Assembly: GCA_017513085.1 (NCBI GenBank)
Contig: JAFWDK010000027.1
Location: forward strand, 64,001 to 128,000
Length of the DNA: 64,000 nt
Direction: 5' to 3'
Source: Clostridiales bacterium
GTDB lineage: Bacteria > Bacillota > Clostridia > Saccharofermentanales > Saccharofermentanaceae
The translations under genes were made by a program, and so were the position numbers. A model generated the notes under the pieces. The model saw only the letters and a program-made list of their open reading frames with translations, was not told where the DNA came from and ran no database searches. This document shows, piece by piece, positions 29,117 to 39,340 of the stretch. How positions within the stretch are numbered: the first letter of the stretch is position 1; every line of letters begins with the position of its first letter.

Positions 29117-30198
29117 AGTCCATATTCTCCTTTACCCATCAGACAATCAAGAAGCGCCAATGCCAGAGCACCTTCCACAACCGGAAGCGCACGTGGCACG
29201 ATGCAGGCATCGTGGCGGCCCGGGATCTCGATCTTTACATTCTCTTTGGTATCCAGATTTACCGTCTCCTGCTCCTTGGAAATCGACGGAGTCGGCTTAA
29301 AAGCCACCTGCGCCAGGATCGGCATACCATTACTGATACCGCCTTCAAATCCTCCGCCGTGGTTAGTCGTCATGCGAAGTTTCTCGTCCTGAAAAGACAA
29401 GTGATCATTATTCTCTGAGCCCCGGCGTTCCGCGACCGCAAACCCGCTTCCGAAAGAAACACCCTTTACTGCCGGAATACCGAATGCCAGCTGGGCAAAA
29501 CTGCTCTCGACCGTATCCCACATCGGTGAACCGATTCCTCCCGGGAATCCCGTCGCCATAACTTCCACGATACCGCCGACCGAATCTCTGTCCGCCCTGG
29601 CCGAATCGATTTCTTCCTTCATTCTGGCAGCCAGGCTCTCGTTTTCCTGTGCAAAAGCACCCTCAGCCGGAATGACGGGTGTCTCGACGTCTTCCCAGCT
29701 TTCCGCCGCAATCTTGCCGATACGGATAATATGCCCGTACACTTCCGTCCCCGTCTTCGCCTTGAGGACCTGCTTAGCGATCGCTCCGGCAAAAAGGACA
29801 GGAGCCGTCAGTCTTCCTGAAAAGTGTCCGGAACCTCTCGGATCATTATTCATCTTATAACGCAAACGTGAAGTATAGTCCGCATGTCCCGGACGTGGCG
29901 TCGTCATGAAGCCCTCGTAGTCCGAAGAATGCTGATTCGTATTCAGGATCTCAACTGCCAAGGGTGAACCTGTCGTCTTTCCACGATAGATGCCTGACAG
30001 TACGGTCGGAAGATCCGGTTCTCTTCGCGGAGTCGAACCCGCCTGCGTTCCCGGCGCCCGGCGCTGCATCTCTTTGACGATCTGCGCCTCGTCGATGGAG
30101 ACTCCACTCGGCAATCCGTCGATCACCACACCGATCGCCGCACCGTGCGACTCCCCGTAAATGCTGATCTTCAAGCGCTTACCCCACGTTGATCCCAT
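29113..30198 (-). CDS. aroC: chorismate synthase
   Basis: GESHG, RPGHAD, FKPTPSI, GRHDAC. Confidence 0.95.
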   Translation of the reverse strand: MGSTWGKRLKISIYGESHGAAIGVVIDGLPSGVSIDEAQIVKEMQRRAPGTQAGSTPRREPDLPTVLSGIYRGKTTGSPLAVEILNTNQHSSDYEGFMTTPRPGHADYTSRLRYKMNNDPRGSGHFSGRLTAPVLFAGAIAKQVLKAKTGTEVYGHIIRIGKIAAESWEDVETPVIPAEGAFAQENESLAARMKEEIDSARADRDSVGGIVEVMATGFPGGIGSPMWDTVESSFAQLAFGIPAVKGVSFGSGFAVAERRGSENNDHLSFQDEKLRMTTNHGGGFEGGISNGMPILAQVAFKPTPSISKEQETVNLDTKENVKIEIPGRHDACIVPRALPVVEGALALALLDCLMGKGEYGL

Positions 30199-31486
30199 GT
30201 ATATTTCCTCCCAGATCCAGATATTCTTCAAAAAAAGTCGGATAGGATTTCTCCACCGCCACCGGATCTTTTATCCAGATGGTATCTTTTGCCACCGTAG
30301 CAGCCACAGCAGATGCCATGACCAGACGATGGTCCTTATGCGTATCGATCGTGCCGCCCGAAAAGACTCTCTCTCCCGGCGCGTAGTGTTTACCTCGGAT
30401 CGTCATCCCGTCCCGGAATACCTCCACATCCGCGCCCAGAACACGAAGCATGCCCGCTGTCGAAGCCAGTCTGTCCGACTCCTTCAGCGCAAGTCTCTCC
30501 GCATGAACGATATGTGTCTCGCAATCCGTCGCCGCCGCGGCAACAGCAAATACAGGCACCAGATCCGGCACATCACTGGCGTCCATCTCAAAAATCTTCT
30601 CTCCGCCTTCCTTCCGTCCGGCCTTTCGAAGCCCGGCAAGCAGCGTCTCGATCGCCTGATCGCCCTGCGCCGTCTTCGAAGGAAGATCCGGAAGAACGAC
30701 AGCCGATCCTAAATAATCCGCCACCAGCCAGAAAGCCGCCTGCGAATAGTCAGCTTCGATTGCAAAAGCACTTTCTCTTTTTGTTTTCGGCGCTCCGGTC
30801 AGGTAGTAGCCTCCCTTTTCCGAAACCACCTCACAACCGAAGGCCCGCATGACATCCAGCGTCATGTTGACATACGGCTCCGATTCCAGCTTCGTGGAAA
30901 GACGGATCCGCGAAGCTTCCTGCTCGTGCGAAAGAGCCATCAGAAGACCCGATATGTACTGGGAACTCACGTTTCCCGGCAAAGTATATTCTCCTGCGCG
31001 CATCTTTCCTTTGATCTCCAATGGCAGCGAAAGACCATTCTCGTCCCGATAGATCATCTGTGCGCCACTGTTCTCAAAAACACCTTCGTATTCTTTAATA
31101 GGACGATTCGGAAGCCGCCCGTGTCCCACAAAACATGTCGGGATGCCAAGGACCGCGACAAGCGGGATCAAAAAGCGAAGTGTCGACCCGGATTCTTTGC
31201 AGTCGATCTGCAAAGGTGTATCGTCTTCGGACATCTCCTTGCGGTCTGCATATTCCTGAAGTTTAAGAAGCGCTGCACGGGTCGCCAGAATGTCGTCCGA
31301 AGCATGCTCCAGATCGACTTTCGCCAAAGAAACATCTCCCGCAAGAAACGCCATGATCAAGGCACGGTGCGCCACACTTTTAGACTGCGGCACACTCACA
31401 CTGCCGGTCAGTTTTCCCGGTTCGATGCCAAGTTTGCCCGCGTTAAAAAGGGCAGAAAGTCGTATCTTCTGTTGTTCTTTATCCAA
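30179..31486 (-). CDS. aroA: 3-phosphoshikimate 1-carboxyvinyltransferase
   Basis: SKSVAHR, ESGSTLRF, SSQYISG, KESDR, DHR, KSYP. Confidence 0.93.
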   Translation of the reverse strand: MDKEQQKIRLSALFNAGKLGIEPGKLTGSVSVPQSKSVAHRALIMAFLAGDVSLAKVDLEHASDDILATRAALLKLQEYADRKEMSEDDTPLQIDCKESGSTLRFLIPLVAVLGIPTCFVGHGRLPNRPIKEYEGVFENSGAQMIYRDENGLSLPLEIKGKMRAGEYTLPGNVSSQYISGLLMALSHEQEASRIRLSTKLESEPYVNMTLDVMRAFGCEVVSEKGGYYLTGAPKTKRESAFAIEADYSQAAFWLVADYLGSAVVLPDLPSKTAQGDQAIETLLAGLRKAGRKEGGEKIFEMDASDVPDLVPVFAVAAAATDCETHIVHAERLALKESDRLASTAGMLRVLGADVEVFRDGMTIRGKHYAPGERVFSGGTIDTHKDHRLVMASAVAATVAKDTIWIKDPVAVEKSYPTFFEEYLDLGGNIHGINVG

Positions 31487-31503
31487 GTTGTTCTCCCTTC
31501 AAC

Positions 31504-32544
31504 TCAGAGCAGATCTTTCAGTTCCTGCTCCGAGAGCGGCTGTGTTTTCGAATCACCGATTTCCTTGATCACGACGAAGTAGACTTTACCATTCAGCTTC
31601 TTCTTATCCGAAAGCATCGTCTGGTAGAGATCTTCAACCGGAAGATCGGTAGATGTCGGCAGGTGCCATTTCTCCAGTACGTTCAGAATACGTTCCTTCA
31701 CGCCCTTCGGTGTCTGACCCAGTTTCTCACCGATCTCGCAAGCCTTGATCATGCCGATCGCAACCGCTTCACCATGTGTGTAACGGCTATATCCGGAAAC
31801 CTTCTCGATAGCATGACCCCACGTGTGGCCAAAGTTCAGAAGCATTCTTTCGCCCGTATCAAACTCATCGTTCTGGACAACTGTCGTCTTGATCTTTACG
31901 CAACGCTCCAGCATCCATTCCATATCCGCCTGGCCCTTTTCGATCGCCTCAAAAAGCATCGCATCGCGGATACATCCGTACTTAATAACTTCCGCCATGC
32001 CCTCTGCCATACGTGTTCTCGAAAGTGATTTCAAAAGACCCGGATCGATCACGACAGCCTTCGGCTGATAAAAAGCACCGACCAGGTTCTTACCGAACGG
32101 CATATCGATACCTGTTTTTCCGCCGATGGAAGAGTCCACCTGTGCCAGAAGTGTCGTCGGTACCTGGATCAAAGGACAGCCGCGCATATACGTTGCCGCC
32201 GCAAATCCTGTCAGATCGCCGACTACGCCGCCGCCAAGCGCGATCACAAGGTCGGTTCTCGTCATGCCGAAATCGTGCATGGCACCATAGATGGCAAAAA
32301 GATTCTTCTCGCATTTACTGGATTCACCGCTCTCCACGGTATAGGAAGCGATCTCAAATCCCGCGCTCTGAAGCGATTTTTTCGCCTGCTCCAGATACAG
32401 CCCTTCCACAATGGAATCCGTAACGATAAATGCTTTACGGCTCCGGACCGTCTTTCCCGCCACATCGCCCAACTGAGCCAGTGCTCCGGTACGAATCAGG
32501 ATCGGGTATTTTCCTTGGTTTGTATTTGCCATGATCTCCGGCAT
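31504..32544 (-). CDS. aroB: 3-dehydroquinate synthase
   Basis: GGGVVGD, PTTLLAQVDSSIGGK, NFGHT, HGEAV. Confidence 0.95.
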   Translation of the reverse strand: MPEIMANTNQGKYPILIRTGALAQLGDVAGKTVRSRKAFIVTDSIVEGLYLEQAKKSLQSAGFEIASYTVESGESSKCEKNLFAIYGAMHDFGMTRTDLVIALGGGVVGDLTGFAAATYMRGCPLIQVPTTLLAQVDSSIGGKTGIDMPFGKNLVGAFYQPKAVVIDPGLLKSLSRTRMAEGMAEVIKYGCIRDAMLFEAIEKGQADMEWMLERCVKIKTTVVQNDEFDTGERMLLNFGHTWGHAIEKVSGYSRYTHGEAVAIGMIKACEIGEKLGQTPKGVKERILNVLEKWHLPTSTDLPVEDLYQTMLSDKKKLNGKVYFVVIKEIGDSKTQPLSEQELKDLL

Positions 32545-32599
32545 AAGATCACCTCCGTTTATTCTCGTTCTGTATACTATTTTATCATTTCACGACGTA

Positions 32600-33934
32600 T
32601 CACGTCTCGAAGAGCTTTGTCACTTTCGCAAGGATCACTTCCACATCCTCATCGGCAGGAAGCACCACATCCGCGCCCCGCTCATAAGTAGGTTCACGCG
32701 ACTCCAGCCGGGCCACCATATTCTTGTACGCCGTATCCGCGTCCTTCGCATCCAGAAGCGGCCGGGAACGGTCATTCTTCACTCTTTCCCAGATCGTCTG
32801 CGGCGTAACTTTCAAATAGATCAGCATAGACTTGCTCTGCAGAAGCAACTTCTCATTTTCTTCGTTGGTCAGCACGCCGCCGCCAAGCGAAATGACGGCC
32901 GAGCCTTGCTTTTCCAGCTCACGCTTTAATATCTCATGTTCCATCTTACGGAACGCTTCTTCGCCATCCTTCTCGAAGATCTCACGGATCGGGCATCCCG
33001 CCACTTTCACGATCTCGTCATCCAGATCGATAAAGGGGATCTTCAACTGATCCGCCGTCCTGCGCCCTACCGTCGTCTTACCGGCTCCCATAAAGCCTGT
33101 AAAGACCAGTTTGATCGGGTTCTTCTCCCAAAGTTTCTTTCTCACGTCCGGCAGGATCTCCGAAAGCCGTGCCTCATCAAAATGCGCATCCGGCGCCCAT
33201 ATCTTCTCGGCGGCGATGGCCTGGTTCAGAAGCATCTTCAGTCCTGAAACCGCAGTCTTTCCCTCAGCACGGTAACGAAGACAAGTCTTGGTCGGGCACG
33301 GATTATAGATCGTATCAAAAAAAGTTCCGTCGTCTGCCAGAAGACCCGCTTCCGGGATCCCATCATGGACATTCGGCCACATACCACAAGGCGTTCCGTT
33401 CAATATCGTGTCAAAAGCACTTCCTCCTGCGACTTTTTCCGCCGCTGTCACTTTGTCGTATCCCTTCGCCTTACACTCATCGATCAGGACCAGTGCTTTT
33501 TCCGGAGAACGCGCCCAGATCGAGAGATCCGCGCCCGCCTTCAGGGCCTCGATGGCCATCATGCGGGCAACGCCGCCGGCACCGAGGAGCAAGACTTTCT
33601 TGTCCTTCATCGGCACACCACAGGAGAGAAATCCATCCACATCGGTATTGTAGCCGATCTTGCCGCAGACCGTATTGGCCGCGCCGTATTCTTTCACCAT
33701 CGGCGCCACGTCATCGAGAAACGGAAGGATCGCGACCTTGTGCGGGATCGTGACATTGAATCCCGTCAGTTCGCGCATAAGGATCGGCGCATATTTCGGA
33801 AGTTCCTCCGGCGCGATCTCGTATAGCTCATATTTTCCGAAAATGCCGGATGCCTCCATGATGCGCTCATGGATATAAGGTGACATCGAGTGACCCAGAG
33901 GACACCCGATGAGGCCTGCTTTAATCGCACTCAT
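32600..33934 (-). CDS. aroE: shikimate dehydrogenase-shikimate kinase fusion (AroE-AroK)
   Basis: HSMSP, NVTIPHK, NTD, GAGG followed by GFMGAGKTT, GEEAFR, GGG, RPLL. Confidence 0.9.
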   Translation of the reverse strand: MSAIKAGLIGCPLGHSMSPYIHERIMEASGIFGKYELYEIAPEELPKYAPILMRELTGFNVTIPHKVAILPFLDDVAPMVKEYGAANTVCGKIGYNTDVDGFLSCGVPMKDKKVLLLGAGGVARMMAIEALKAGADLSIWARSPEKALVLIDECKAKGYDKVTAAEKVAGGSAFDTILNGTPCGMWPNVHDGIPEAGLLADDGTFFDTIYNPCPTKTCLRYRAEGKTAVSGLKMLLNQAIAAEKIWAPDAHFDEARLSEILPDVRKKLWEKNPIKLVFTGFMGAGKTTVGRRTADQLKIPFIDLDDEIVKVAGCPIREIFEKDGEEAFRKMEHEILKRELEKQGSAVISLGGGVLTNEENEKLLLQSKSMLIYLKVTPQTIWERVKNDRSRPLLDAKDADTAYKNMVARLESREPTYERGADVVLPADEDVEVILAKVTKLFET

Positions 33935-35015
33935 AGCCGGCCTCCTTCAGAAGCGCATACGCTTCCACCGCTTCTTTTGCCGTGCCCAGAAGCAGGCTTA
34001 CCTGACCGCCATCGTAGGTACGGAAGTTACGGATATTGATGTTTCGGATATTGATATTGCCCTTACCGAGGATAGCCGTGATCCGGGCCAGCTCACCGGG
34101 TCTATCGTCGACATAGACCGTCAGCATGGAAGACGCTTCCAGTGCGCCACGCAGGTTCGAGTCGAGGTGGTCGCGGTAGCAGGCGCCCTGCATGAAGAGT
34201 TTCTCCAGAGCGGCCTGATCGTCTTTTTCCAGTGTTTCTTTCCAAGTGGAAAGAAGTTCGATATATTTGTCCAGCACCGGCAGAAGCGCCTCTCGGGAAT
34301 TCTCCGTGATACCGGCCCAGAGTTTCGCATCTGAAGAGGCGATACGGGTAATGTCGCGGAAACCGCCGGCTGCCATGCGGGAGATCGCACCATCGTCGAT
34401 ATTGGCCATGAGCAGCGAAAGACTGCTGGCCACGATATGAGGAAGATGCGATACTGCCGCCACACGTTCATCGTGTTCCTTGGCCGACATACGCATCGGG
34501 ATCGCACCGATAGAACGGATCAGTTTCTCAAATGCGTCCAGCATCGTGACCGGTACCGCACACTGGTCAGAAATACAGATCACATAAAGTGCATTTTCGA
34601 AGAGAGATTCACTGCTGCAGGCATAACCGTGACGCTCGGAACCGGCCATCGGATGACCGCCCACGAAATTCGGAAGCGTGATGGCTTCCATGACCGGACG
34701 CTTGACGGATCCGACATCGGAGATCAGTCCGATATCCAGTGTTTTCAGCGTCGGTTCCATCTTCTTGATCGCATCGATCGGCGCACAAAGGACGACCAGA
34801 TCACAACCGTTCAGGATAGATAAGTCGTCTTTGGAAAATGAGGAGATCACTCCTTCTTTGATTGCCAGTTCACCGGAAGCCGAATCCGGCTCTACTGCAA
34901 CGATCTCATCCACATCCGTACGGTGCTTCAGTGCTTTTGCCAAAGAACCACCGATCAGGCCGAGTCCGACGATTCCGGCCTTCTTGATCCCAGTGGATTT
35001 TCTATCCTCTTGCAT
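33921..35015 (-). CDS. tyrA: prephenate dehydrogenase with ACT domain
   Basis: GLGLIGGS, DVGSVK, HPMAGSE, SHLPH, RDITRIA, DRPGEL ACT. Confidence 0.92.
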   Translation of the reverse strand: MQEDRKSTGIKKAGIVGLGLIGGSLAKALKHRTDVDEIVAVEPDSASGELAIKEGVISSFSKDDLSILNGCDLVVLCAPIDAIKKMEPTLKTLDIGLISDVGSVKRPVMEAITLPNFVGGHPMAGSERHGYACSSESLFENALYVICISDQCAVPVTMLDAFEKLIRSIGAIPMRMSAKEHDERVAAVSHLPHIVASSLSLLMANIDDGAISRMAAGGFRDITRIASSDAKLWAGITENSREALLPVLDKYIELLSTWKETLEKDDQAALEKLFMQGACYRDHLDSNLRGALEASSMLTVYVDDRPGELARITAILGKGNINIRNINIRNFRTYDGGQVSLLLGTAKEAVEAYALLKEAGYECD

Positions 35016-35338
35016 GCGAAAATACCTCTCTTTTTCAAGTAGGTCTATTATAGCATGAAGGCATGCCATTCTGACAGTTTTAGCCCGTCCGGCTACGAAA
35101 ATCAGCAGTTTTCGATAACGTTATGCATCGTTACTTACTTTCTGCAACGATCAGGCTCCCCCGATTCCGGATCGAAGAAGCATTTGCACAAGGATTTCGT
35201 TAATCTGTCTATATTCTTTTCATTTACAAAAGCACTTGTCCTGTACTATTATTACCAAGGTCTGCCTGATGGAAGTCAGCCGGTTTCCTGTCTTCCGGGT
35301 TTTGGCAAGATCATTATCTTTCGAAAGGAACCTTTTTC

Positions 35339-36232
35339 ATGACCTGGATACTTCTGACATTAGTATATGGTTTACTTAAAGGCGGACGTGAGATCGCCAA
35401 GAAAAAAGCCATGGGCAAAAGCACGGTCATGGAAGTGCTTCTTATCTATACGCTCATCGGATTTCTGATGGTCGTTCCGCGTGCCCCGCACGCCATGGGA
35501 CTTGCTCCAATATATTACGGTCTGATCGCAATCAAATCTTTCGTGATCTTCCTTGCCTGGATCTTAAGTTTCCGTGCACTCAAACATCTCCCTGTCAGTC
35601 TCTATGGTATCCTTGACCTATCCCGTGTACTACTCGCGACGCTTCTCGGAGTAATCGTTCTGCATGAAGTTCTGGTCTGGAACCAGTTCCTCGGCCTTGC
35701 CCTCGTAGCTTTCGGACTCCTTTCTCTGAAGTTCCGTCTATTCGGGAAGAAACCCGAAACAGCTTCATCCTCTGCTAAAGCATCTTCTTCTGACGAATCC
35801 GGGAACCCTACCCGATTCATTCTCATGGCATTCGGATCCTGCATGCTGAATGCTGTCTCCGGTCTCATGGACAAACTCCTGATGCGGCATATCAGCGGCG
35901 CTCAGCTTCAGTTCTGGTATATGCTTTTTCTTTTGCTGTTTTACCTGGTCTATGTGCTTGTGTCCCGCACGAAGATCTCCCGCTCTGTCTGGAAGAACGG
36001 ATGGATCTGGCTTCTCGCCATCATGTTCGTGATCGGTGACGCTGCACTCTTCGCCGCCAACGGTATCTCCGGAAGCCGTGTCACCATCATGACCCTGATC
36101 AAACAAAGCGGCTGCTTCGTCACCATCGTCGGCGGCAAGCTCTTCTTTCACGAAAAAGACATCGGTTACCGTCTCTTCTGCGCCGCCATCATCTTCAGCG
36201 GAATCATACTCAGCGTTCTTCCGCTCGCGTAA
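35339..36232 (+). CDS. EamA/DMT-family transporter
   Basis: about 10 TM helices in two repeats (LGVIVLHE, GKLFFHE). Confidence 0.82.
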   Translation: MTWILLTLVYGLLKGGREIAKKKAMGKSTVMEVLLIYTLIGFLMVVPRAPHAMGLAPIYYGLIAIKSFVIFLAWILSFRALKHLPVSLYGILDLSRVLLATLLGVIVLHEVLVWNQFLGLALVAFGLLSLKFRLFGKKPETASSSAKASSSDESGNPTRFILMAFGSCMLNAVSGLMDKLLMRHISGAQLQFWYMLFLLLFYLVYVLVSRTKISRSVWKNGWIWLLAIMFVIGDAALFAANGISGSRVTIMTLIKQSGCFVTIVGGKLFFHEKDIGYRLFCAAIIFSGIILSVLPLA

Positions 36233-36258
36233 CATATTGATCAAAACAGTGGCCTTTT

Positions 36259-36305
36259 TGAAGTGAACCCCAGAAGTTGAACAAAAACTTCTGGGGTTCA
36301 CTTCA
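36259..36305. mobile_element. 47-bp IS3/IS150-type mini-element (IR-only remnant) inside a bidirectional terminator
   Basis: perfect 20-bp IRs TGAAGTGAACCCCAGAAGTT / AACTTCTGGGGTTCACTTCA, TG...CA ends, TTT on both flanks. Confidence 0.6.
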
Positions 36306-36325
36306 TTTACGACGGCCACTTTCTT

Positions 36326-36970
36326 TTACGATCTCGAAGCAAAATCCTCATCGATCTCTTCGCGCCAGGCGTCTTCCAGACAACCCTTTGCCCGGACACT
36401 GGACAGTGCTTTGCCCATACAGGCAAAATTCAGAGCTGTTCCGGCCTTGTCGCTATGATAGTTCACTGCACGCTTCTTATCGATCCCGAAGCTCGAAGCT
36501 GTCTGCACTGCATCGATGTTCGCGCCAAGGAACAAGAACTCCCAACCCTTATCCTTTTTCTTACCGATCATCTTCTTGACCTTCTCCGCCGTATACTCAT
36601 GGCTGCTGTTCTCCATACCATCCGTCGTGATCACGAAGATCGTATTGTCCGGAACATCCTCTTCCCTTGCATATTTGTGAATATGCGAGATGTGATGGAT
36701 CGTGCTTCCGATCGCATCCAGAAGTGCCGTGCAGCCACGTACGAAGTATTCCTTGTCGGTGAGTTTCTCGACTTTAGAAAGCTCCACTCTATCATGGATC
36801 GTATCCACGACCGAATCAAAAAGCACTGTCGTGACGTAGCATTGGCCGTCTTCTTTTTTCTGTTTTTCGATCATGGAGTTGAATCCTCCGATCGTGTCTT
36901 CTTCCAGTCCGCTCATTGAACCGCTTCTGTCCAAAATAAAAACGATTTCCGTAATGTTATTCTTTTTCAT
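36326..36970 (-). CDS. stand-alone vWA-domain protein
   Basis: MIDAS DRSGS...T(ALLDA)...TDG; AGGAGG RBS. Confidence 0.88.
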   Translation of the reverse strand: MKKNNITEIVFILDRSGSMSGLEEDTIGGFNSMIEKQKKEDGQCYVTTVLFDSVVDTIHDRVELSKVEKLTDKEYFVRGCTALLDAIGSTIHHISHIHKYAREEDVPDNTIFVITTDGMENSSHEYTAEKVKKMIGKKKDKGWEFLFLGANIDAVQTASSFGIDKKRAVNYHSDKAGTALNFACMGKALSSVRAKGCLEDAWREEIDEDFASRS

Positions 36971-37032
36971 AGATCTTTCCTCCTGTTTTTTGCTATCCGC
37001 TTCTTACAAGTACATTAAACAAAAAACAGGTA

Positions 37033-37065
37033 TAAAAAAGGTCGCCTGAAAGGCGACACTTTTTT
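37033..37065. terminator. GTCGCCT-GAA-AGGCGAC palindrome flanked by A/T runs (terminator of blaR and/or operator of the vWA gene)
   Basis: perfect 7-bp inverted repeat at 37041-37057 with T-runs on both strands. Confidence 0.55.
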
Positions 37066-37096
37066 ACTTGCTTACCCGATCATGTGATGGTTCTTC

Positions 37097-38887
37097 TCAG
37101 ATCACACAGTTTGTATCGACCTTGACTCCTGAACGGATGATCCTCTCCACTTCATGCGGATCCATATCATTTATTCCTATCTCAAAATCATACACACATT
37201 CACAGGCATTCTCCGGGTCGCGATAATACAGTTCTTTTACCTCTGCTATACTCATGTCCGCATTGTCGTACAGTTCCATCGACTGGTCAATGAGATGATT
37301 GGAATTCACCAGGTCGACCAGTTTCTTGTACCCTTCTCCGTCTTTACAGAGGAAGCCATCGAAAAAGGCATATAAATGACCCTGTTCTTCCTCAGGAACA
37401 TTGTACCGGTATGCTACGGTCACAAGATCTCCTGTACCCGAAATACCCAAAATGATCAGGCGCTCATCATCGCACACAAACTCAAAATCCTTACCGGGTT
37501 CAAGATAGAAACTATATGTATCTTCCGGTTTATCGATCTCATACATATACTCTGTATTCTTTTTGCTATCCTTAAAATACAGGGAAATATGTTCCATGGG
37601 TGCATAACATGTCGCATCAAAAGACATAAGTGTGCTCTTTTTGGACTTTTCGAGTACGGTTCCGATATCGGAAGTTGGCATGAGACGGCCATATACACCT
37701 TTATTGCCAAACTTACCACGTCCTTCTGCATATACACTAAATCCCATTGTTGTATTCATATCCGGATCTTTATCATATTTCAAGGTATACTCCACATGAA
37801 GTTTACTTCCGCTGAAATTGACTTTCTCTACTTTCACGGAATATCCGTCAAAAGCATACTCTGCATCCTTTGACACCTGTACAGCATGCTTATCTGTATT
37901 GACTACCTCATTGACTGCATCCTTCTTCGGACTTGTCAGGAAGCATCCCGAAATCGCTACACATGTCACCATCAGAAGTGCAACCGCAGCAACAGTCGGT
38001 CTCTTATAATGCAGAACATTCTTCACGCGCTGTCTGACACCTACCTCTCCAAAAGCAAGCGGGTAGGCGACCCATACAGATTTCCTGATACTGCAGTCCA
38101 GGAGCGCCTGGGAGTAAGCTGCCGCACGTGGTTTTTCCATTCTGCGGATAACTCTTTCATCGCACGCCATTTCGATATCTCTTGAAAAAAGGATATAAGA
38201 AAGCCAGCAGAGAGGGTTAAACCAGTACACGGAAAGAAGCAGGAACCCCAATGGTTTCCACAAGTGATCCAGACGCTTAAGATGTGCTTTTTCATGTTCC
38301 AGTACATACGGCAACGTCTTTTCATCCAAAGAAGAAGGCACATAGATCTTCGGCCGGAACATTCCTAAAATGAAGGGAGTCTCAATATCATCACAGATAT
38401 AGATGCCTTTCTCCCGGCAGATCGAGGCCGCCACTTTTCTTCTCATTCTCCAGGCACTGATCAAAGCATAGCCCGAAATCAAGACCATGCCGGCGATCCA
38501 TACCAGCGTTGCTATGAAAACAATATCCTGCATCGTGATGCCGCCGCTGTTTCGCGCATCCGGTCGCACGGTAACAGTAGATTTCTGCGTCGGAGCTGCG
38601 TTTTCAATAACAGGGTTGATCATCTGATCCACATAAGCGATTCCGCTCTTCACCTGAGGTTTTTCCATACTTGCGATCTGCACCGGGATCGGCTCACTGC
38701 TGGGGATCACGCTCGTTACACTTTCGAACGAAAACGGACAGATCAGGCGGATGCCCACCATCGCCCAAAGCACACAAGGAAACCACTTCGGTGCTCTTTT
38801 CAAAACCGCTCTCATGACGATTACCGCCAGGATCAGAAAGCCGGCCGAAAAACTGAGATTCAACAACTTGATAAATACACTACTCAT
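37097..38887 (-). CDS. BlaR1/MecR1-like M56 metallopeptidase sensor with a non-PBP C-terminal domain
   Basis: HEKAH, WFNP, EMACDE; TM helices; follows blaI. Confidence 0.88.
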   Translation of the reverse strand: MSSVFIKLLNLSFSAGFLILAVIVMRAVLKRAPKWFPCVLWAMVGIRLICPFSFESVTSVIPSSEPIPVQIASMEKPQVKSGIAYVDQMINPVIENAAPTQKSTVTVRPDARNSGGITMQDIVFIATLVWIAGMVLISGYALISAWRMRRKVAASICREKGIYICDDIETPFILGMFRPKIYVPSSLDEKTLPYVLEHEKAHLKRLDHLWKPLGFLLLSVYWFNPLCWLSYILFSRDIEMACDERVIRRMEKPRAAAYSQALLDCSIRKSVWVAYPLAFGEVGVRQRVKNVLHYKRPTVAAVALLMVTCVAISGCFLTSPKKDAVNEVVNTDKHAVQVSKDAEYAFDGYSVKVEKVNFSGSKLHVEYTLKYDKDPDMNTTMGFSVYAEGRGKFGNKGVYGRLMPTSDIGTVLEKSKKSTLMSFDATCYAPMEHISLYFKDSKKNTEYMYEIDKPEDTYSFYLEPGKDFEFVCDDERLIILGISGTGDLVTVAYRYNVPEEEQGHLYAFFDGFLCKDGEGYKKLVDLVNSNHLIDQSMELYDNADMSIAEVKELYYRDPENACECVYDFEIGINDMDPHEVERIIRSGVKVDTNCVI

Positions 38888-38889
38888 GA

Positions 38890-39252
38890 TCAGCCCTCCT
38901 TTTTAAAGGCATCGATCATCTTCTGGATTTCATCCGCTTCCTCCGGGGTAAGTTCTTTTCGGGAAATAAATGAAGCAACAAAAGCCGGCAGCGATCCTTG
39001 GTACGAATCCGTTACGATCTGCTCGCTTTTTGCCGAATAAAACTCCTCACGCGGAATCAGGGATGTGACCATACCGTCTACGTTTTGAAGGATCCCCTTC
39101 TCGCAGAGCTTGCGAAGAACAGTGTAGGTCGTCGGCTTCTTCCAGTTCAGTTCCTTCTCGCAGATCTTTACCAGATCCCCGGAAGTGACCGGTTCATGCT
39201 CCCAGACGATGTCTGCAAAACGCATCTGTACTGTGCCTAATTCCATATCCAT
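38890..39252 (-). CDS. BlaI/MecI/CopY-family repressor
   Basis: WKKPTTYTVLRKLCEKG winged helix, YQGSLPAFVASF; GAGGAG RBS. Confidence 0.9.
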   Translation of the reverse strand: MDMELGTVQMRFADIVWEHEPVTSGDLVKICEKELNWKKPTTYTVLRKLCEKGILQNVDGMVTSLIPREEFYSAKSEQIVTDSYQGSLPAFVASFISRKELTPEEADEIQKMIDAFKKEG

Positions 39253-39340
39253 AAACAATCGGCTCCTCTCCATCCCGCCGGATCTGTACAACATCCGGCA
39301 GAATCACACCATAGTATCAGGTTCCTGATCAAAAAGAACT

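Noticed and set aside
27472-39252. Antibiotic resistance locus (vanZ, blaI/blaR)
   Set aside because: No van ligase cluster or active beta-lactamase; these families are common envelope proteins and the sensor lacks PBP motifs
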